From contig OZ249451.1 of the NCBI GenBank assembly GCA_965235115.1, positions 20,150,001-20,214,000 on the forward strand: DNA of 64,000 bases, read 5' to 3'. The position numbers were made by a program, and so were the translations under genes. Origin of the DNA: Laetmonice hystrix. Its lineage: Eukaryota. Below, piece after piece: positions 63,737 through 64,000 of this stretch (position 1 is its first letter; each line of letters starts with the position of its first letter). Below the pieces are notes generated by a model. The model was not told where the DNA came from. It ran no database searches and worked only from the letters and a program-made list of their open reading frames with translations.

Positions 63737-64000
63737 GTAAGTTTTTTTTTCTCCTCCTCAACCCTAGTGTATGAAGTGTTTATGTATGACCTATTGACCG
63801 CCTACCGCCTACCGTACAGGGCGCGAGCGGCCGGGTACTCACCCTTACCCTCTCGGCTTGTTTTTGCCTTTCCCCTCCTTTCCCCACTTCTGAAACCCTC
63901 TGTTGTTTAGTGCCGTAACGTACACGTGGATGTTATATAAGCTGTGGCCTGCCGTGAACACTTCTTTAATGAGGAGCAGAGATTGTTTTTATGGTGTGTC

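Overview
Eukaryotic (animal) genomic DNA, not prokaryotic. The window is part of a Hox cluster, most likely lophotrochozoan (mollusc- or annelid-like; the taxon is inferred from the Hox genes). I can support only two coding exons, both on the + strand. One is the homeobox exon of an Antp/Hox7-class gene (32857-33101); I could not find its first exon. The other is the first coding exon of the next central Hox gene (63190-63736; MSSYY start, FPRFPPYDR motif, IYPWMR hexapeptide), probably Lox5, whose homeobox lies beyond the window. A miR-10-family precursor hairpin sits about 2.2 kb downstream of the Antp stop codon (35257-35325), and miR-10 seed matches lie between the two. The rest is non-coding. 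About 11 kb (roughly 17%) is unrelated minisatellite arrays with 26-81 bp units, plus microsatellites, four N gaps and GC-rich islands. The most striking pattern is a dense set of regulatory motifs. I read 11 perfect RGKTCA direct repeats with 1-5 bp spacers, including two DR5 elements shaped like retinoic-acid response elements (RAREs). One 3.85 kb minisatellite carries the PBX-MEIS/PREP decamer TGATTGACAG in most units. There are also five RFX X-boxes (two directly upstream of the miRNA), four GTCACGTGAC palindromes, and YY1 and CTCF-like sites. All motif calls are by eye and need a genome-wide background test. The long ORFs in the supplied track come from tandem repeats or N runs.
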